A model generated the notes under the pieces. The model was not told the DNA's origin. It saw only the letters and a program-made list of their open reading frames with translations, and made no database searches. From NCBI GenBank assembly GCA_034667685.1, contig JAXDQU010000024.1:1-12588 (forward strand): 12,588 nt of DNA, written 5' to 3'. Position 1 is the first letter of the stretch. Every line of letters begins with the position of its first letter. This document shows, one piece after another, positions 6,673-12,588 of this stretch. This stretch comes from Thermoplasmata archaeon (GTDB lineage Archaea > Thermoplasmatota > SW-10-69-26 > JACQPN01 > JAJPHT01). The position numbers were made by a program, and so were the translations under genes.

Positions 6673-7167
6673 GTGCCCGACATCCGCCTTCGCCACCGCG
6701 CCCGCATGCGCGAGAAGGACGCCGCGCGCCTCATCGAGAGCATCAGCGCCGCCTTCGGCATCGAGGATCCGTTCCCGCCCAGCGTCGAGCGCGCGGACGC
6801 GGGCGACTTCGACGTGCTGATCCACAACGCGCGCGTGATCGCCTTCATCCGCCGCGAGCCCGAGCGGATCGCCCCGACGTGCCGCCTCCTCATGCAGAAG
6901 AAGCCCACGAAGGCGTTCGTCACGGTGGACATGGGCGCGGTGAAGTTCGTCAACAACGGCGCGGACGTCATGGCGCCCGGCATCACCGAGGCCGACCCGT
7001 CGATCCAGCCCGGCGACCTGGTGTGGATCCGCGACGAGAAGAACAAGGTCCCGCTGGGCGTGGGCGAGGCGCTGATCCCGGGCGCGCAGATGCCGCGCGG
7101 GCCGAAGGGCAAGGCCGTGAAGGCATTGCACCACGTCGGCGACGAGATGTGGAACCTGGAGCTCTAA
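6673..7167 (+). CDS. Archaeal PUA-domain RNA-binding protein (MCT-1/Tma20-like, pre-PUA + PUA), 164 aa
   Basis: VTVDMGAVKFVNNGADVMAPGITEADPSIQPGDLVWIRDE and GKAVKALHHVGDEMW are the family pattern. The GTG at 6673 has GGAG just upstream and CCTTTTCC about 25-30 nt upstream. Confidence 0.92.
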   Translation: MPDIRLRHRARMREKDAARLIESISAAFGIEDPFPPSVERADAGDFDVLIHNARVIAFIRREPERIAPTCRLLMQKKPTKAFVTVDMGAVKFVNNGADVMAPGITEADPSIQPGDLVWIRDEKNKVPLGVGEALIPGAQMPRGPKGKAVKALHHVGDEMWNLEL

Positions 7168-9020
7168 GCCACGCGCACCCAGTCCGACCCGCTCGCGGCG
7201 CCCGCGTGGACGAGCGCGAGCACGACCTCGCTGGCGCCCGCGGGAGAGTAGGACGCGGACGCGCCGCCGCACGCGACGCGCGTGGGCGTGACGAGGCCGG
7301 TCTGGTTGACCAGCAGCACGGCGGTCCACCCTCCGTCGCCCACGCCGCAGGCGACCTGGTGGCCCGCGTCGAGGGGGAGCGAAAGGTACGTCGCCGCGAG
7401 CGCCGGGAGCGTCCACGTCGCGTTGCCCACGCCGGCGGCATGCTCGAGGGGCGCGCGGACGTAGCCGGGCGCGTCCCAGTTGCGGCCCGACCACGAGACC
7501 TGGTGCTCGTAGAGGTCCTGCGCGTAGGTCGCCAGGAAGTCGAGGCTCGTCGTGCCCGTGGGCGTCAGCGCGGCGTCGAAGGCGCGCTCCACCGTCGCGG
7601 GGTCGCAGCCGCCCGTGTCCCCTTGCGGGAGCGCGGCGAGGAACGCGCGCAGGCCCGCGTGGCCGACCTCCGCGTACATGAGTCCCCAGAGGATCCAGGC
7701 CCCGTACTGGTCGTTGCAGAAGCCCACTGAGGGGTTCTGCGCGAAGGTGGGCGAGTCGTGCGCGTAGACGCCCGAGCCGGGCAGGTACGAGTCGGCCGGG
7801 TCGTAGAGCGTCTGGGCGAGGACGGCCTGCGACTCGTCGACGGGCGCGCCCTTCTCGACGAAGCGCGAGGCGCCCCACTGCAGGTTGTGGTAGTGCTCGT
7901 GGGCCGCGACGATGCGCGCCGCCACGGTGGCGGGGTCGGACGCCGACGCGTAGGCGTGCCTCGCGCGGTCGCCGACCTCGTTGGAGGCCACGACGATGCG
8001 CGCTTCGGTCCCTTGCGGCGAGCACGCCAGGCAGACGCCGTTGCCGAGCTGGAAGACGACCTCGCGGTTGCAGTCCAGGTCGGGAGACGCGTAGCCCCAG
8101 CTGGCGTTGGGGTTGGCAAGACTGGAGCAGCCCGGCGCCGAGGCGACCGAGAGGTTGTACGCGTCGCTCGCGCCGTGCAGGAGCGCCTCGCCGCGCGCGA
8201 GGTCGTCGGGCGTGGCGTTGACGAGGTCGCCGGCGGGGAAGAGGAGGCGCCAGACGGAGCCGTCCCAGTCGGAGACGGCGTCCACCACGCTGAACGTCTG
8301 CGCGTCGAACTGCGGCGGCGTGAGCATGGGCGCCCCCGACCGGTCCGCCGCGACGGTCGCGCTCGTCGAGGTCCACGCGTCGACGACGTGGTCGCCCGCC
8401 GCGAGCCAGCCGCTCTCGTCGTCGGGGACCAGGGGGCCCAGCCCCGTCGCGACGACGCTCCACTCCGCGCGCGTGGGCACGCCGCCCCCGCCGAAGGTGA
8501 CGGTCCACGACTCCAGCACGCCGCCCGCGCGCGACCACGTGTCGAACGAGGCGGTCCAGATGCCCAGCTTGCCGCTCGAGGAGGGGTCGGGCACGAGCGC
8601 GCCCAGCCAGCCCGAGTCGGCGGAGGCGACGACGGAGCGCCCCGGCTGCACCTCGGGGTTGGCGGCTTCGGCCAGCGCCTCGCCGTATCGGATCGCGTCC
8701 GGGCCGGTCGCGACGAGGATGCCCAGCGAGCGCGCGTCCTTCGTGACGTCGTACGCGCGGCCCAGCGTGGCGTCATAGGCCATGTAGTGGCGGAACGCGA
8801 GCACGTGGCCCGACTGCTCGACGGCGTAGAGCGAGAACGCGGGGAACGCGGCGGCGAAGTACGGGTCGGAGGCGCCCGTGACGGCGAGCACGCCCGATCC
8901 GTAGAGGCTCGACGCGGCCGCCACGACGGCGGAGGCGGCGGGCGCGGTGGGCGAGGGTTCGGCGGGAATGGCGGGGGCGGCAAGGGCGAAGACGACGAGG
9001 CAGGCGACGATGGTGCGGAT
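7164..9020 (-). CDS. Secreted HEXXH zinc-metallopeptidase-like protein (paralog B), about 618 aa, apparent ATC start
   Basis: HEHYH at 7901-7887, with a candidate third ligand Glu in VDESQA. The frame stays open above the GTG at 8924 and encodes RTIVACLVVFALAAPAIPA (signal peptide). The SD AAGGAGG lies 7 nt before the ATC at 9020. The stop overlaps the convergent PUA gene stop by 4 bp. The gene is well supported, but the start is inferred. Confidence 0.8.
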   Translation of the reverse strand: MRTIVACLVVFALAAPAIPAEPSPTAPAASAVVAAASSLYGSGVLAVTGASDPYFAAAFPAFSLYAVEQSGHVLAFRHYMAYDATLGRAYDVTKDARSLGILVATGPDAIRYGEALAEAANPEVQPGRSVVASADSGWLGALVPDPSSSGKLGIWTASFDTWSRAGGVLESWTVTFGGGGVPTRAEWSVVATGLGPLVPDDESGWLAAGDHVVDAWTSTSATVAADRSGAPMLTPPQFDAQTFSVVDAVSDWDGSVWRLLFPAGDLVNATPDDLARGEALLHGASDAYNLSVASAPGCSSLANPNASWGYASPDLDCNREVVFQLGNGVCLACSPQGTEARIVVASNEVGDRARHAYASASDPATVAARIVAAHEHYHNLQWGASRFVEKGAPVDESQAVLAQTLYDPADSYLPGSGVYAHDSPTFAQNPSVGFCNDQYGAWILWGLMYAEVGHAGLRAFLAALPQGDTGGCDPATVERAFDAALTPTGTTSLDFLATYAQDLYEHQVSWSGRNWDAPGYVRAPLEHAAGVGNATWTLPALAATYLSLPLDAGHQVACGVGDGGWTAVLLVNQTGLVTPTRVACGGASASYSPAGASEVVLALVHAGAASGSDWVRVA

Positions 9021-9027
9021 GCGAATC

Positions 9028-9034
9028 CCTCCTT
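9028..9034 (-). promoter_or_regulatory. Shine-Dalgarno site overlapping the paralog A stop codon
   Basis: The minus strand reads TAAGGAGGGATTCGCATCCGCACC. AAGGAGG overlaps the TAA of the upstream gene. Confidence 0.7.
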
Positions 9035-10973
9035 AGATGGGGCTCACGGTGAGCGTGTAGCTGGCGGCGGCGCCGGAGGTGCGAACGGCGTTGAACGCCA
9101 CGACGCTGGCCGCGGGGAGCGACACCGCGCCGCAGCCCGTCACCGGGATCGCGCGGAGCGTCCCGTCGGACGCCGTGGCCAGGAATTGATAGCTCCAGCC
9201 GGGATCGCCGCATGGGCTGACCGTGACGCTGGCGGCGCCGGTGACGTTCACGAAGTCCATGGCGTAGGCGCCCACGCTGCGCGAGACGGAGCCAGCGACC
9301 TGCGCGTCCTCCGCGACCGGGAGCATGTAGCGGCCCCACCAGGTGAGGTTGTTGCCGTTCTCGTCGCCCCACGCGTAGTCGCGCGCGTAGACGTGCGTCG
9401 CGAAGGCGCGCAGCGTGTCGTTGAACGTGTGCGGCGAGCCGACGCTGGCCAGCGCGCCATCGAGGATGCCCGCGACGCGGTCGGGGCAGGTCAGCGAGGC
9501 GTTGATGCCGCGCAGCGCCGCGAGCACCGTGCCCAGGCCGCCCTCCTTCCAGTAGAGGTAGCCCCAGTATTCGGCGAGCGCGTACGACTGCGTGCAGAGG
9601 CTCTGGTCCGGGTGGAGCTGGTAGTAGTTGACGCCGCCGTGCTTGTTGGCGAGGTCGAAGCTCGTGCCGTACCACGTGGCGGTCGGGTCGTCGTTGAGGA
9701 CGGGGTTCATGACCGTCTCCTCGAAGCGCGCCATGCCCTCCACCCACCACTCCTCCTGCGCGATCCCCTGCGAGACGCCGTTGGCGTACGATTCCAGCGC
9801 GTGGAAGTGCTCGTGCGCGATGACGAGCTTGACGACCACGTCGCGCGGGTACTTCACGGGGTCCGTCCACGTCCCCGTGGCCGCGAGGTATTCCTTGATC
9901 GCGGGCGTCATGTGGATCTCCGTCTGCGAGGCGATCGCCACGCGGCAGGCGCCGCACGAGAGCGTGTATGCGCCGGAGACGACGACGTTCTGCGCGCAGT
10001 CGGCGTCCTTGGAGGCGAGCCCCCAGTTGGGGTTCGGGTTCGCGCGCGTGGCGCACGCGTTCGGGTTGCGGTCCACCTGGCGGTCGTAGGCCGCGACGCC
10101 GGCGGCCACGGCGGACTGCGCGAGGGCGGTGACGTCGTTGGTCACGTCGTAGCCGGTTTCGTAGCGGGCGACCCACGTCGTGCCGTCTGCGTCGGAGGCG
10201 GTGGCGACCACGGGCCCCGTGACGGCGGCGACGTCCGCCGGGATCGAGAGGGGCGCGGCGCCCGAGCCGGACTCGATCGTGCCCGAGAGGGTCGCGCTCG
10301 TCGCGGTGAGCGAGTCGGTGAAGCGCATCCCGGCGCGCAGGTCGCGCGCCTCCAGGTCGAGGCCGAAGGCGCCCGCGCCGATCGCGCGCACGCGCCACGA
10401 GGCCTGCGTCAAGCTCGTCGCGCTCGACGCGATCGTCCAGTCGGCCAGCACGCCGTTGGTGGCCGACCACGTGCTCAGCGTCACGCTCCAGCCCCCCACG
10501 CCGCCCGTCGCCGCGGGGTCCTGGACCGTCTGGCCCAGCGAGGCCGAGTCGGCCGCGCCCACGACGCTGCGCGACGCGTCGAGCTCCGCGTTCGCCACCG
10601 CCGCGTACGCCTTGGCGTAGAGGATCGCCGCGCCGCTCGTGCCGATGGTCGCGCCGCTGGCGGCCAGGATGCGGTTGAACTGCGTCGTGGTGTCGTACGC
10701 GACGGCGAGCGTCGGGTCCCACGCCATCGCGTGGCTGGCCGGCGGCGTGAGCGACGTCTCCGTCACGAGGTAGAGCTGGAGGCGCGGGAACGCCGCCGCG
10801 AACGCCGGGTCCGCCGCGGGCACGACGCTCTGCTGCCCCGAGCCGTAGACCTGGCGCGCCGCGAGGACGACGGGCGTCGAGGGCGAGCCGCCCTGCGTGG
10901 GATTGAGCGCGCCCGCGAGGCTGGGGAGCACGAGGAGCAGGAGCGTCGCAAGGACCGGCGCAAGGCGCTGCAT
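9033..10973 (-). CDS. Secreted HEXXH zinc-metallopeptidase-like protein (gluzincin-type, paralog A), 646 aa
   Basis: Signal peptide MQRLAPVLATLLLLVLPSLAGA. VIAHEHFH (9815-9801) is followed by WWVEGMARF, the HEXXH...EGxA gluzincin arrangement. The C-terminal domain is beta-rich. Confidence 0.88.
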   Translation of the reverse strand: MQRLAPVLATLLLLVLPSLAGALNPTQGGSPSTPVVLAARQVYGSGQQSVVPAADPAFAAAFPRLQLYLVTETSLTPPASHAMAWDPTLAVAYDTTTQFNRILAASGATIGTSGAAILYAKAYAAVANAELDASRSVVGAADSASLGQTVQDPAATGGVGGWSVTLSTWSATNGVLADWTIASSATSLTQASWRVRAIGAGAFGLDLEARDLRAGMRFTDSLTATSATLSGTIESGSGAAPLSIPADVAAVTGPVVATASDADGTTWVARYETGYDVTNDVTALAQSAVAAGVAAYDRQVDRNPNACATRANPNPNWGLASKDADCAQNVVVSGAYTLSCGACRVAIASQTEIHMTPAIKEYLAATGTWTDPVKYPRDVVVKLVIAHEHFHALESYANGVSQGIAQEEWWVEGMARFEETVMNPVLNDDPTATWYGTSFDLANKHGGVNYYQLHPDQSLCTQSYALAEYWGYLYWKEGGLGTVLAALRGINASLTCPDRVAGILDGALASVGSPHTFNDTLRAFATHVYARDYAWGDENGNNLTWWGRYMLPVAEDAQVAGSVSRSVGAYAMDFVNVTGAASVTVSPCGDPGWSYQFLATASDGTLRAIPVTGCGAVSLPAASVVAFNAVRTSGAAASYTLTVSPI

Positions 10974-10999
10974 GGGCGAGGCGAGCGCCGCTGGACGAG

Positions 11000-11005
11000 C
11001 ATAAG
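11000..11005 (-). promoter_or_regulatory. Possible TATA-like box for the peptidase pair
   Basis: The minus strand has CTTATG 27-32 nt upstream of the ATG at 10973, which has no SD. Confidence 0.35.
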
Positions 11006-11040
11006 CAGATGGCGCGAGCCGTTTCCAAGGCGCGGCGGGC

Positions 11041-12486
<1,446 letters not shown>

Positions 12487-12524
12487 GTTGCCCTTCCTTG
12501 AAAAGCTTCGCTCCCTGCGGCGCG

Positions 12525-12588
12525 CGGAAGCGGAAGAGGAAGCGGAATCGGAAGAGGCCGGCCTCTTCCGATTCCGCTTCCTCTTCCG
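12525..12588. repeat. Inverted tandem-repeat element 4: (C/A)GGAAG hexamer array forming a perfect loopless 58-bp palindrome, cut by the window end
   Basis: Units from 12525: cggaag cggaag aggaag cggaat cggaag aggcc. 12531-12559 is the exact reverse complement of 12560-12588. Confidence 0.93.

Noticed and set aside
6492-7112. N-terminal extensions of the LVIVD ORF (to 7112) and the PUA ORF (from 6247)
   Set aside because: They run through element 3 and the opposite gene. Better starts exist at 6491 (SD plus lipobox) and 6673 (family-typical length).
7164-7167. 4-bp overlap of convergent stop codons (CTAA)
   Set aside because: Real, but common in compact prokaryotic genomes.
5833-8538. 901-aa minus-strand ORF and similar long ORFs (2655-4886, 8773-11028, 3698-5029, 11083-12501)
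   Set aside because: These are Arg/Gly/Pro-rich alternative or antisense frames overlapping well-supported genes.

Overview
This is a very GC-rich archaeal chromosomal segment. The rpl18a(LX)-pfdA-ftsY cluster and an archaeal PUA-domain protein identify it as archaeal. The proteins are not acid-skewed, so a non-halophilic lineage such as uncultured Thermoplasmatota is my inference. Housekeeping genes (LX/L18Ae, prefoldin alpha, FtsY, PUA protein, DEAD-box helicase) alternate with exported proteins: a sequon-rich type I membrane protein, a small 6-Cys secreted protein, two lipoproteins (one with LVIVD repeats) and two tandem paralogous HEXXH metallopeptidase-like proteins. Two observations stand out. 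(1) Four intergenic fold-back elements share one architecture, a short tandem-repeat array followed by its own reverse complement, but have unrelated units (10, 6, 7 and 6 bp). They lie at divergent or convergent junctions and at the window end. (2) The second peptidase gene has a signal peptide and a strong Shine-Dalgarno site but no ATG/GTG/TTG. It seems to start at ATC and is in frame with its upstream paralog, separated by a single TAA. I found no CRISPR array, tRNA, rRNA or transposase.
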